Assembly: GCA_900770225.1 (NCBI GenBank) | Contig: CAAGJU010000018.1 | Location: forward strand, 4,822 to 68,821 | Length of the DNA: 64,000 nucleotides | Origin: Lachnospiraceae bacterium | Lineage (GTDB): Bacteria > Bacillota > Clostridia > Lachnospirales > Lachnospiraceae | Reading direction: 5' to 3' | Part shown: positions 41,662 through 51,756 of the stretch, one piece after another | How the letters are laid out: every line of letters starts with the position of its first letter | Position numbering within the stretch: position 1 is the stretch's first letter | Notes under the pieces: generated by a model | What the model was told of the DNA's origin: nothing | The model's input: only the letters and a program-made list of their open reading frames with translations | The model's database searches: none | Translations under genes and position numbers: made by a program

Positions 41662-41931
41662 TCATTTTTTACTGAGCAGTTGCCGCGCTTTTTCTTCATC
41701 GTCCTTGTAAACCAGAAGGTGATGGATAGTATTGGATTGCGCTTTGGCCGGTGTCTTCCTGCCGCTCCAGTCGGAGGGCCGCATCTGCGCGCCGCAGCCG
41801 CCGACGGGCATGGGTTCAGAGTCCCAGGTTTTTACATCCAGTCCGGCTCTGGTGAGGATATCCCGGGCAGTTTCGATTTCTTCTTCGTTTCTGGATTCCA
41901 GAACAGTTACGCGTCTGCGAATGTGGAACAT
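41662..41931 (-). CDS. Hypothetical protein
   Basis: 89-aa ORF with RBS, co-oriented after radical SAM gene. Confidence 0.65.
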   Translation of the reverse strand: MFHIRRRVTVLESRNEEEIETARDILTRAGLDVKTWDSEPMPVGGCGAQMRPSDWSGRKTPAKAQSNTIHHLLVYKDDEEKARQLLSKK

Positions 41932-41949
41932 ATTTTTCCTCCCTGGAAA

Positions 41950-42855
41950 CTATAGCTGGATCTGATCTTTCAGGCGTTCCCGCATGGTGTTCAGGACTTT
42001 CTTCTTGTCCGCGCTCCACAGGGGTGCAACCAGAAGTGCCTTCGGGCCGTCGCCTGTCAGACGGTGGATGATGATGTCATCCGGGAGCAGTGACAGTGCC
42101 TCATGCGTCAGTTCACAGTACTCATCGAGCGTGAGAATGTGAAAGGGATTTTCCCTGTATTCGTCACAGAGCTTCGTGCCTTTTAATACATGGAGAAGCT
42201 GAATCTTAATGCCGTCACCGGGCGCCAGCGTGTCTGCCAGATAGCGGATCGTCTGCATCATGTCCTCCGGTTTTTCGCCGGGAAGCCCGAAGATCACGTG
42301 GACGATCACGGTCAGCCCGGATTCTTTCAGACGCCGGTAGCTGTCCGCAAAGGTCTGCAGGTGGTAACCCCGGTTGATCCGTCGGGCGGTCTCCTCATTG
42401 GTCGTCTGGAGACCGAGCTCCACCCAGACCGGTTTGATCTGATTCAGCCGGCAGAGCATGGACATTTTGTCGCTCTCCAGACAGTCCGGCCGCGTACCGA
42501 GCGAGAGCGTCACAATCTCGGGCCTCTGTATGGTCTCGGCATACAGGTGCATGAGCCTGTCCGTATCCCCGTAGGTGTTCGTGTACGACTGAAAATAGGC
42601 GATGTACTTCCGGTCCTCCGGCCGAATACGGGCAGGTATTTTAGCGTCGACCTTCTGACGGGCATATCGGATCTGTTCTCCAATGTCCTCAAAAGGTGCA
42701 GCAAAGTCTCCGCTGCCGCCGGCGGAGCAGAAGGTGCATCCGCCCGTTGAGATCTTCCCGTCCCGGTTCGGGCAGGTGCATCCCGACGACAGAGACAGCT
42801 TGTAGACCTTCTGCCCATATACTTTCTTTAATTCCTGAGAAATCGTTCTATGCAT
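41950..42855 (-). CDS. TIGR01212/YhcC family radical SAM protein
   Basis: TCPNRDG...GGCTFC, GTRPDC, VELGLQT, HRLTGD. Confidence 0.93.
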   Translation of the reverse strand: MHRTISQELKKVYGQKVYKLSLSSGCTCPNRDGKISTGGCTFCSAGGSGDFAAPFEDIGEQIRYARQKVDAKIPARIRPEDRKYIAYFQSYTNTYGDTDRLMHLYAETIQRPEIVTLSLGTRPDCLESDKMSMLCRLNQIKPVWVELGLQTTNEETARRINRGYHLQTFADSYRRLKESGLTVIVHVIFGLPGEKPEDMMQTIRYLADTLAPGDGIKIQLLHVLKGTKLCDEYRENPFHILTLDEYCELTHEALSLLPDDIIIHRLTGDGPKALLVAPLWSADKKKVLNTMRERLKDQIQL

Positions 42856-42858
42856 GGC

Positions 42859-44757
42859 TCAGCTGGACTTCACTTCGTTCCACAGATCATTGTAGATCTC
42901 CTCCGCATCCGCACCGAGATAGGAGTAGGTCTCGCAGCGCTCGAGCGTCGCGTCGTCCGGAAAGGCCACCTGGCTGTCCCGGATGTCCGGATCTTCGATC
43001 AGCTGCTGTGCCGCGACATTGGGCGTTGAGTAGGTAATGTACTCAAAGTTCTTCAGTGCGATGTCTGGGCGGCAGAGGAAGTTCAGGAATTTCTCCGCAT
43101 TCTCTTTGTGCGGTGCGTTTTTCGGGATGACCCAGGAGTCGATCCACACGTTGGATCCCTCATCCGGCACGACATAGGCCAGATCCGGATTTTCTCTTGT
43201 GGTATAGATGGCTTCGCCGGAATAGATGACACCGAGCGCGGCTTCGTTACCGATCATTTTGTCCCTGACCTGATCGATCACGTAAGCCTGTACGAGCGGC
43301 TTCTGGGCGATCAGGAGATTCTTTGCCTCCTGCAGCTCCTGCAGATTAGTGGTGTTGGCGGAATAACCGAGGTATTTCAGGGCCACGCAGAAGGCATCGC
43401 GCACGGAATCCTGCATCAGGATGCTGTCCTTGTACTTGCTGTCCCAGAGGATCTTCCAGCTCGTGACCGGTTCGTCCACCATCTTTGTGTTGTACAGGAT
43501 GCCCATGGTTCCCCAGCAGTAGGGGATAGAGTACTCATTGGTCGGATCGAAGGCCTGTGAGGTCTTTTCGTAGATCTCGCCGATATTTTTGATATTCGGC
43601 ACGTTGTCAAAATCGATTTTCTGGAGCAGATCGTTGTCGATCATTTTTTTGATCATGTAGTCGGAAGGGCAGACGCAGTCGTAGGCGACGGCTCCCGCCT
43701 TGATCTTCGGGTACATGATCTCATTGGTCTCGTATTCCTCGTAGACTACGTGAATCCCGGTTTCCTCCTCAAACTGCGTCAGGACATCCGGATCGATGTA
43801 TTCTCCCCAGTTGTATACGATGACCTGATTCTGGCCCGCGGCGGTTGTTTTTCCGCCGTAATAGATGCCGCCGGCCGCGAGGACGACGATCAGCAGGCCG
43901 GGTACCAGCCGTCCGATGACCATGTGCTTGGTAAAAATACGGCGGTGGCCCGTTTTGGCCAGATAGCGCGAGTCTTTTTCCAGCTCCTTCTGGCTTTCCT
44001 TCGCGGGCGCGAGGTTGATCAGGAGCAGGAGCACCATGACGGAAACGAAGAGGATCGTGGACAGCGCATAGATCTCCGGCTTGATGCCCTTGCGGACCTC
44101 GGAATAGATTTTTGTGGAGAGCGTGTCCACGCCGGGGCCCTTGGTAAAATACGTGATCACGAAATCATCAAGTGACATCGTGAAGGAGAGCAGGAAGCCG
44201 GAGGAAATGCCCGGCATGATGTCCGGCAGGATGGTCTTGCGGAAAGCATAGAAGGGCGTGGCGCCGAGGTCCAGCGCGGCTTCGTAGACGTTCCGGTCGG
44301 TCTGCTTCATTTTTGGCAGGACGCTGAGGATCACGTAGGGAATGTCGAACGTGATGTGCGCCAGCAGGATGGTGGAGAAGCCCAGCCGGATCCGCAGAAT
44401 GATGAAAAGCAGCATGAGCGATACGCCCATGACGATCTCGCTGTTCAGCATGGGAATGTTCGTGATGCCGGTGAAGATCGTGCGCGCTTTTTTGCCCATG
44501 GCGTGGATGCCGATGGCCGCAAGCGTTCCAATCAGCGTGGCAATAGCGGCTGCCAGCAGGGCAACGAGCAGGGTGGTGTAGAAGGCCTCCATGATCTCGT
44601 TGTTCTGAAACAGCGAGCTGTACCAGTCGAGCGTGAAGCCTCCCCATTTGGCCCTTGATTTCGAGGAATTGAAGGAGAGGACGATCAGCGTGGCGATCGG
44701 TGCATAGAGAAGGAAAAGGATGAGGACCATGTAGATGCGTTTCAGTACTTTTTTCAC
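42859..44757 (-). CDS. potCD: Spermidine/putrescine ABC transporter PotC-PotD fusion
   Basis: Permease EAA loop then SBP motifs VYNWGEYID, PSDYMI, EGSNVWID. Confidence 0.92.
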   Translation of the reverse strand: MKKVLKRIYMVLILFLLYAPIATLIVLSFNSSKSRAKWGGFTLDWYSSLFQNNEIMEAFYTTLLVALLAAAIATLIGTLAAIGIHAMGKKARTIFTGITNIPMLNSEIVMGVSLMLLFIILRIRLGFSTILLAHITFDIPYVILSVLPKMKQTDRNVYEAALDLGATPFYAFRKTILPDIMPGISSGFLLSFTMSLDDFVITYFTKGPGVDTLSTKIYSEVRKGIKPEIYALSTILFVSVMVLLLLINLAPAKESQKELEKDSRYLAKTGHRRIFTKHMVIGRLVPGLLIVVLAAGGIYYGGKTTAAGQNQVIVYNWGEYIDPDVLTQFEEETGIHVVYEEYETNEIMYPKIKAGAVAYDCVCPSDYMIKKMIDNDLLQKIDFDNVPNIKNIGEIYEKTSQAFDPTNEYSIPYCWGTMGILYNTKMVDEPVTSWKILWDSKYKDSILMQDSVRDAFCVALKYLGYSANTTNLQELQEAKNLLIAQKPLVQAYVIDQVRDKMIGNEAALGVIYSGEAIYTTRENPDLAYVVPDEGSNVWIDSWVIPKNAPHKENAEKFLNFLCRPDIALKNFEYITYSTPNVAAQQLIEDPDIRDSQVAFPDDATLERCETYSYLGADAEEIYNDLWNEVKSS

Positions 44758-44848
44758 AGCGCAGTTCCCTCCTCCGTCTTGAGTTTTCTCACAGGTGAAT
44801 TTGTTCTGTGAGCTTTTCTTGCAGGGAAGTTCGTTCCAGAGCCTTTTC

Positions 44849-45673
44849 TCATAGTGCAGTTCCCTCCCCGGTCTTGTCGTATTTGGCCTCGATGACCATG
44901 GATACGATAACAAATATCAGGAGTATCATGGACATGGCGGAGCCCACGTTCCAGTTGTTCAGCTGCTTGAATTCCTGCTCGATCATGTTGCCGATCAGCA
45001 GTATTTTTCCACCGCCCAGCAGGTCCGAGATCACGAAGGTCGTCAGCGACGGGATAAAGACCATGGTGACGCCGGAGATGACACCCGGGAGTGAGAGCGG
45101 GAAGGTGACTTTCCAGAAGGTCTGAAAGGTGTTGGCACCCAGGTCTCTGGCAGCGTTCAGCACATCCTGATCCAGCTTGATCAGCACGTTATAGATGGGC
45201 AGGATCATGAACGGCAGGAAATTGTAGACCATGCCGAGCACGATGGCCCAGGGCGTGTTGATGATCTCCAGCTTCGGCAGGTGCAGTGCCCCGAGCAGGG
45301 TGTTGATCACGCCGTTTTTTTCCAGCAGTGTCTGCCACGCGAAGGTGCGGAGCAGGAAATTCATCCACATGGGAAGGATAAAAATAAACACGATAAAGCT
45401 CTTCTGGCTGACTTTCATGCCGGCAAGGATCATAGCCAGCGGATAGGCCAGCAGGATACAGATCAGGGTGCTGACCAGCGCAAGAACGAGGGACAGCCCC
45501 AGCGCCTTCATCACTTCTCCGGTAAAGACGTCGCCGAAGTTGGAGAGGGTGAAACCACCGGTCTCCTGTGAGGTGAAGGCATAAAATACGATCATCAGAA
45601 GCGGGATAATGATAAAGCCTGCTGCCCAGACGCCGTAGGGCGCGGCCAGCCATTTCAGACGTTTATTCTCCAA
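44849..45673 (-). CDS. potB: Spermidine/putrescine ABC permease
   Basis: [26 protein letters not shown]. Confidence 0.93.
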   Translation of the reverse strand: MENKRLKWLAAPYGVWAAGFIIIPLLMIVFYAFTSQETGGFTLSNFGDVFTGEVMKALGLSLVLALVSTLICILLAYPLAMILAGMKVSQKSFIVFIFILPMWMNFLLRTFAWQTLLEKNGVINTLLGALHLPKLEIINTPWAIVLGMVYNFLPFMILPIYNVLIKLDQDVLNAARDLGANTFQTFWKVTFPLSLPGVISGVTMVFIPSLTTFVISDLLGGGKILLIGNMIEQEFKQLNNWNVGSAMSMILLIFVIVSMVIEAKYDKTGEGTAL

Positions 45674-46736
45674 CTGGTACGGCCTCCTCATCCGTGGATT
45701 CCGGTTTGTTCATGATCTGAATGTTGAAGGGATCAACAGTAATGCCGACTTCACTGCCGACTTCCTGCAGCCGTGTGCTGTGCACCAGCCAGTCAAAGCC
45801 GTTGGCGCGGACTTCCATCTCGTAGTGAACCCCTTTAAAAATAAGGCTGGTGACACGTCCGGTGAGCTGACCGTCCTCAGGTTTGACAAGCTCCACATCC
45901 TCCGGACGGATGACGACGTCCACGGGTCTGTTCTCGCCGAAGCCGGTGTCCACGCAGGGGAATTTCACGCCCAGGATTTCGACCAGTTTGTCCTGAATCA
46001 TGCGGCCGTCCAGAATATTGCTGTCTCCGATAAAGTCGGCCACAAAGGCGTTCTGCGGCTCGTTGTAGATATCCTCCGGCGTCCCGACCTGCTGGATGTA
46101 GCCCTGGTTCATGACGACGATCGTGTCCGACATGGTCAGGGCCTCTTCCTGGTCGTGGGTGACGTAGACGAAGGTGATGCCGAGTTCATTTTTCAGCCGC
46201 ATCAGCTCATACTGCATGTCCTGACGAAGTTTGAGGTCAAGGGCGCCCAGCGGTTCGTCGAGGAGGAGAACCTTCGGTTCGTTGACGATAGCGCGGGCGA
46301 TCGCCACACGCTGCTGCTGGCCGCCGGAGAGCGACGCGGGATAGCGGTTTTCGGCTCCGTCCATATTCACAAGCTTCAGGGCGTAGCGGATCTTGTCGTT
46401 GATGTAGGCCTGCGGCTTGTTTTTGATCTTCAGACCAAAGGCGATGTTCTCAGCCACGGACATGTGTGGGAACAGGGCGTATTTCTGGAAAACCGTGTTG
46501 AGCTGCCGTTTGTTGGGCGGCAGCTCTGTGATGTCCTTGCCGTCGAAGAGAACTTTTCCGCTGTCCGGGTGCTCGAAGCCGCCCATGATCCTGAGCGTCG
46601 TCGTTTTTCCGCATCCGGAGGGCCCGAGAAGCGTCAGAAATTCGTTTTCACGTATGTAGAGATTCAGATCATCGAGAATGGTAACGCCATCATAGGATTT
46701 CGTGATGTTCACGAGGTCGATCAGCTTGTTTTTCAA
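45663..46736 (-). CDS. potA: Spermidine/putrescine ABC ATP-binding protein
   Basis: [23 protein letters not shown]. Confidence 0.95.
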   Translation of the reverse strand: MKNKLIDLVNITKSYDGVTILDDLNLYIRENEFLTLLGPSGCGKTTTLRIMGGFEHPDSGKVLFDGKDITELPPNKRQLNTVFQKYALFPHMSVAENIAFGLKIKNKPQAYINDKIRYALKLVNMDGAENRYPASLSGGQQQRVAIARAIVNEPKVLLLDEPLGALDLKLRQDMQYELMRLKNELGITFVYVTHDQEEALTMSDTIVVMNQGYIQQVGTPEDIYNEPQNAFVADFIGDSNILDGRMIQDKLVEILGVKFPCVDTGFGENRPVDVVIRPEDVELVKPEDGQLTGRVTSLIFKGVHYEMEVRANGFDWLVHSTRLQEVGSEVGITVDPFNIQIMNKPESTDEEAVPVGE

Positions 46737-46916
46737 TGGTCGGACGCTCCTTTCTTCACCGGACAGCACCGCGTCCGGAAAAAACTCCGGTTCGCGGGCG
46801 GGCAGCTCCGATGGTTCCTTACATGCAGGTGGGTCTGTGTTATAGTAGTGGTGCTGTATAAAAATTCATCGGGATTTATCATATCATGATTTAACGGTCT
46901 TCGATACAAAAAAAGA

Positions 46917-47048
46917 ATACAGATGCCTCCACCCGCAACACGCTCTCGCTCGTCCTCGACGCAGCGGTGGTAAGCTCATCCATCGTTATCACTCGGATTC
47001 GCCAACCACCGGCGTCTGCGGATGGTTGCGGGTTGGAAGCATCTGTAT
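46917..47048. repeat. Palindromic element family 2, long form (MITE/REP-like)
   Basis: Imperfect terminal inverted repeats ATACAGATGCCTCCACCCGCAAC / GTTGCGGGTTGGAAGCATCTGTAT with internal hairpins. Confidence 0.75.
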
Positions 47049-47148
47049 ATTTGGACTCTCTGCATAAAAAGTGATGTATAGATGGTTACCTGAGTGACAG
47101 ATGATATCTGGTTTGTTCAGAGGACACTATGGGAAGGATTGCGAATAT

Positions 47149-47871
47149 ATGACTGTATTGACGGCTTCGGGAGCACTGCTGGCCGGATGGTGCCTGCTTC
47201 CGGTGTTTACCGGAAGGATTGTGAATATCGGAAATGTGACCGGCATGCTTGCCGGTGTGATGATGCTGCTGACGGGGATTTTTCCGGGCTGGACCGCTCA
47301 TCTGCCGGCAGGTATCAGGATTTTACTGCGGATTGTGCTGGCGGCGGTCTGTGTACTGGTGGTGCTGGAGTCTGTCCTGATGGCGCGCGCCTGTATGAAA
47401 AAACCGGCAGCGGATGACACGGTGGTCGTTCTCGGCTGCACGGTGTACGGGGAAACTCCTTCGCGGATGCTATATGAGCGGATCCATGCGGCGGAGGCTT
47501 ATCTGGAGAGCCATCCGCAGGCGAAGGCTGTGCTTTCGGGCGGTCAGGGCAGGGAGGAAAAAATATCCGAGGCCGAAGCCATGTACCGCACGATGGTGGC
47601 TGACGGCATCGATGCGTCAAGGCTCTACCGGGAGGACAGGTCTACGTCGACGCGTGAAAATCTGGCCTATTCCGCGCAGGTGATCCGGGATAATCATCTG
47701 TCCACCCATATCGCGATCGCTACGAATGAGTTTCATATGTATCGCGCCGGCCTGATCGCGGAGAAGCAGGGCCTCTCTTACATGTCAGTACCGGCGTACA
47801 CATCATGGTGGCTTTTTGCCACCTTTTATATCCGGGAGCTTTACGGCATCCTCCATGAGTGGTTTCTTTAA
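47149..47871 (+). CDS. YdcF/DUF218 family membrane protein
   Basis: VVLG, SGGQG.EE.ISEA, EDRSTSTREN, FHMYRA. Confidence 0.9.
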   Translation: MTVLTASGALLAGWCLLPVFTGRIVNIGNVTGMLAGVMMLLTGIFPGWTAHLPAGIRILLRIVLAAVCVLVVLESVLMARACMKKPAADDTVVVLGCTVYGETPSRMLYERIHAAEAYLESHPQAKAVLSGGQGREEKISEAEAMYRTMVADGIDASRLYREDRSTSTRENLAYSAQVIRDNHLSTHIAIATNEFHMYRAGLIAEKQGLSYMSVPAYTSWWLFATFYIRELYGILHEWFL

Positions 47872-48746
47872 TCAAGCACGGTGATCGTAAAGGTGTAATC
47901 CTTCGATTCGCCGGGCTCTGCGAACTGTACATTGGCCTTGTGCTCAAAAATATCGTCTTCAGCGGTTGTGGTGGACATGCCGGTCCATGGCTCGATGGCG
48001 AGAAAAGCGGCGCCGGGCTTCGTCCAGAGCATCAGATAAGGAAAATCGCTGAAATCTACCTGAATGCCGCGGCCGGAGCGGGAGGAGACCAGCTTTACGC
48101 TGCGGGATTTCAACGTATCAAGGGCTCTGACGTCGTTCACGAAGTAGTCATAGGAAAGCGGCAGGTTATTTGTATCCTCCAGCAGCGGTGTGCGCTCATT
48201 CGCGTCCTGCAGACCGTTGGCGAGCGGTGTGGTCGGTGCACAGGTCTCCTTCTGCGGGAAGATCAGATGATAATCCTCAAAGGTTTCTCCCTTATCCAGC
48301 GGGCAGGCGAAAGCCGGGTGTCCGCCGATAAAGAACGGCATTTTCTCTGATCCGGTGTTCTCTACGCGATAATTCACGCGCAGCGATTTTCCTGCGAGGC
48401 GGTACATCGTATACAGCTTGAACGGATAAGGATACTGCGCCAGCATCTCATCATTGGAAGTGATGGAGAAGATGATCTGGTCCGCCGTCTGCTTTTCCAT
48501 CGTGAATTCTCTTTTGCGGACGATGCCGTGACGCGGCATATTCGTCGTTTTGCCGTTGCCGATCGTGGCTGTGTTGTCCCTGAGGCTGCCGCAGATCGGG
48601 AAGGTGACGGGCGCCTGTCCGTGCCATACGGCGGGATCTCCCTGCCAGATGTATTCGCGGCCGTCATTGTCTTTGATCGATTTCAGTGTGCCGCTCAGTG
48701 TCTTCAGCGTAACCGTAAGCTGTTCGTTCTTTAATGTGTAATCCAT
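47868..48746 (-). CDS. Aldose 1-epimerase family protein (LacX-like)
   Basis: YIWQGDP..W...AP..FPI.G, RHG, GGHPAF, IEPW. Confidence 0.9.
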   Translation of the reverse strand: MDYTLKNEQLTVTLKTLSGTLKSIKDNDGREYIWQGDPAVWHGQAPVTFPICGSLRDNTATIGNGKTTNMPRHGIVRKREFTMEKQTADQIIFSITSNDEMLAQYPYPFKLYTMYRLAGKSLRVNYRVENTGSEKMPFFIGGHPAFACPLDKGETFEDYHLIFPQKETCAPTTPLANGLQDANERTPLLEDTNNLPLSYDYFVNDVRALDTLKSRSVKLVSSRSGRGIQVDFSDFPYLMLWTKPGAAFLAIEPWTGMSTTTAEDDIFEHKANVQFAEPGESKDYTFTITVLD

Positions 48747-49000
48747 TTTTGTGCCTTTCTGTTCTGTAAAAATGAAAAGTGCTGCCCGATGCGACAGGTC
48801 ATTAACCTGTTTTCCAGACTATCACCATGATTATAGCCGCAAGCGCATCAATGTGCCATGGATTTTTCTATACGTGTCAACTTTCATTACTATGTTAACA
48901 GGCTGCCGGTATCACGGAACGCATAGAGGCTGGAAGTCTTTATGCGTGACAGTGACTGAAATCGACTGGAATCGAGTGGAGGTATCTCAGCATCTCGTCC

Positions 49001-49029
49001 TTGCCAGAGAGCAAAGCTATGTTATAATC
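49001..49029 (+). promoter_or_regulatory. sigma-A promoter
   Basis: TTGCCA-17bp-TATAAT with TG extension. Confidence 0.7.
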
Positions 49030-49152
49030 GGATGGCACGCCATCAGCAGCTCGCATTCGGCTTTTTCGTTTTGCGAAACGGATGACGGCAGGCTTCGGCC
49101 TCCTATGTGACAGAGTAGTCTTTTGACATTTTTACAAAGGAAGGAATTGTAA

Positions 49153-50349
49153 ATGAAAAAAAGAAATGCATTTGTCTCAACGATCATGGCAGGCGCGCTG
49201 GCACTTTCCATGCTGGCGGGCTGCGGAAGCGCATCCTCTGCGTCGGCGGTTTCCGCTGCTTCACAGGCCTCAGAAACTTCTGAAACGTCAGAGGCTGTGT
49301 CATCTGCCAGTGCGTCATCGGCGTCTTCGGAAACCGTAACGCCTGCTGCTTCTTCTGAATCAGTGGCTGCATCGTCTGCTTCAGCATCCTCAGCAGCGTC
49401 TTCTTCATCGGGTGAAACCACGCTGAAAGTCGGCTCGGAGGATGCAGACGCCATGCGTATCGGAAGCCTCAAGGGACCGACGACCATGGGCCTTGTCAAT
49501 CTGATGGAAGAGACAGAAGACGGCGATACCGAAGGCGATTATACCTTTACCATGGAGACACAGCCGGATGCCATTGCTTCAGAGATCGTTTCAGGTGATC
49601 TTGATGTGGCGCTTCTGCCGGCAAACATGGCTTCCATCGTTTACAACAAGACACAGGGCGGGATTTCTGTCATTGACATCAACACCCTCGGTGTTCTGTA
49701 CTGCGTGACCGGTGACGACAGCATCAAATCTGTCGCGGATCTCGCAGGTCACACGGTGTACAGCACCGGCCAGGGCGCGACACCGGAGTACGCGCTGAAC
49801 TACCTTCTGGAGAAAAACGGCGTTACCGACTGCACGATCGAATTCCGCTCCGAGGCAACGGAGATCGCCACTGCACTCGCTGCAGATCCTTCAGCCATCG
49901 CCATTCTGCCGCAGCCGTTCGTAACCGTTGCCGAGATGCAGAATGATCAGCTGCACACCGCTTTTTCTCTGACAGATGCATGGGATGCTGTCTCTGATGA
50001 CGGATCAAGACTGCTGACCGGTGTGACGGTTGTTCGGAACGACTATCTGAGCGAGCATAAGGATGCGGTTGACCTGTTCCTGCAGGAGAGCGCTGCCAGC
50101 GTGGACAAGGCCAACAGCAGTATTCCTGAGACTGCCTCTCTTGTTGTGAAGTATGGCATCATCGAGAAGGAGCCGGTGGCTGAAAAAGCACTGCCGGAGT
50201 GCCAGATCGTGTGTGTAACCGGACAGGAGATGAAGGATTCTCTCTCCGGATATCTCAACGTTCTGTACAATGCCAACGCTGAGTCCGTCGGAGGAAACCT
50301 TCCGGGAGATGACTTCTACTATGTGCCGGATGAGAGCGCAGCGTCCTAA
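49153..50349 (+). CDS. ABC transporter substrate-binding lipoprotein (SsuA/NMT1-like)
   Basis: Lipobox LAGC, Ser/Ala linker, SLKGPTTMG, LPQPF. Confidence 0.85.
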   Translation: MKKRNAFVSTIMAGALALSMLAGCGSASSASAVSAASQASETSETSEAVSSASASSASSETVTPAASSESVAASSASASSAASSSSGETTLKVGSEDADAMRIGSLKGPTTMGLVNLMEETEDGDTEGDYTFTMETQPDAIASEIVSGDLDVALLPANMASIVYNKTQGGISVIDINTLGVLYCVTGDDSIKSVADLAGHTVYSTGQGATPEYALNYLLEKNGVTDCTIEFRSEATEIATALAADPSAIAILPQPFVTVAEMQNDQLHTAFSLTDAWDAVSDDGSRLLTGVTVVRNDYLSEHKDAVDLFLQESAASVDKANSSIPETASLVVKYGIIEKEPVAEKALPECQIVCVTGQEMKDSLSGYLNVLYNANAESVGGNLPGDDFYYVPDESAAS

Positions 50350-50728
50350 GTATTTGCGCCGGAAGAAAATGCGCAGTGCGTAACGTCTTTATCGTACGTA
50401 TGACATCCACATCATACTTATGACACCAATACGGAAAAGGATCACCAGAACGGTGGTCCTTTTTTCTGTCCATAAAAGATCACATCCGATTACGAATGAA
50501 TCAGGTGCATCTGTAAAGCATAAAAAACGCAGGTTATCTTCAGTCCACAGCATCCGCAGGTGTCGGTGCTTAATGATCCCGGCCGAAGGTATTCTGTGCA
50601 TTTAAATCCACAAAAGATGAAAATGATTCATGTTATTTGTGAATGTTATGCTTTATTTTTCTGCCGATGGCGGTATAATGGAACACGTTGAGCACAACTC
50701 AACATTAAGATGAAAGGAATAGCATAAT

Positions 50729-51331
50729 ATGAAAAATACACTTGAGATCCGCTGGCACGGCAGGGGCGGTCAGGGAGCCAAGACGGCCGCACTTCTGCTG
50801 GCCGATGCAGCATTTAAAACAGGTAGCTATGTGCAGGGATTTCCGGAATACGGTCCGGAGCGGATGGGTGCGCCGATCACGGCGTATAACCGCATCAGCA
50901 CAGAGCCGATCCGTGTGCACTCGGATATCTATTACCCGGACTGTGTTGCCGTTGTCGATGAAACGCTGCTGCACAGTGTGCGCGTGACAGATGGCCTGAA
51001 GGAGAATGGTGTGCTTCTGGTCAATACCAGGAAGAGCGCTGAGGAGATCCGGCCGCTGCTCGGAGGCTGGAAGGGCAAGGTCGTCGTCATCGACGCCCGG
51101 AAGATCTCGGAGGAAACACTGGGGAAAAATTTCCCGAATACGCCGATGCTCGCAGCTGTCACGGCAGTGACCGGGGTGATGAGCCGGGAGGCATTTTTTG
51201 ACAGCATGAAGGATTCCTTCCAGCACAAATTCGCGAGAAAGCCGGAAGTGATCGAGGGTAACATGAAAGCACTGGAAATGGCTTATGACACGGTGGCCGG
51301 ACCGGCCCGCCGCATGGCAGCAGGTGAATAA
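50729..51331 (+). CDS. porG: Pyruvate:ferredoxin oxidoreductase gamma subunit
   Basis: EIRWHGRGGQGAKT, YGPERMGAP. Confidence 0.92.
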   Translation: MKNTLEIRWHGRGGQGAKTAALLLADAAFKTGSYVQGFPEYGPERMGAPITAYNRISTEPIRVHSDIYYPDCVAVVDETLLHSVRVTDGLKENGVLLVNTRKSAEEIRPLLGGWKGKVVVIDARKISEETLGKNFPNTPMLAAVTAVTGVMSREAFFDSMKDSFQHKFARKPEVIEGNMKALEMAYDTVAGPARRMAAGE

Positions 51332-51437
51332 CGGCCAGCAGATAGCGGTTGGTGGATAACGACCAGCTGATAATGGGCGGTGAATAATGGCCAGCAAAAA
51401 ATGACCAGCAGATAACGGCCGGCAGATAATGGCCGGG
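51322..51437. repeat. Degenerate 15-bp tandem repeat starting at porG stop
   Basis: GATAACGGCCAGCA-like units, about 7-8 copies. Confidence 0.75.
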
Positions 51438-51447
51438 AGGATCAGAT

Positions 51448-51756
51448 ATGCGTACAGATATTCAGAAAATAAACGAAAGCTCACCGTGGACAGAGCTCAC
51501 GGAGGGGTTCCGGATTCAGGCTTCGGGAAATTCCGCGGAGTTTCATACCGGTGAATGGAGAACCAATACACCGGTGTTTCTGGCTGACAAGTGCAAACAG
51601 TGCCTTCTCTGCGCACCGGTGTGCCCGGACTGTGCGATTCCGGTTTCCGAAGGACGGAGAGGCGAATTTGACTATGATTACTGCAAGGGCTGCGGCATCT
51701 GCGCGAAGGCGTGTCCTTTTGATGCCATTGTCATGAAGGAGGGAATTGAGCCATGA
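51448..51756 (+). CDS. porD: PFOR delta subunit (2x[4Fe-4S])
   Basis: TGEWRT, CKQCLLC..VCP, CKGCGICA..CP. Confidence 0.92.
   Translation: MRTDIQKINESSPWTELTEGFRIQASGNSAEFHTGEWRTNTPVFLADKCKQCLLCAPVCPDCAIPVSEGRRGEFDYDYCKGCGICAKACPFDAIVMKEGIEP

Noticed and set aside
42859..44757. PotC-PotD fusion as a novelty
   Set aside because: This fusion is already familiar in Clostridia.
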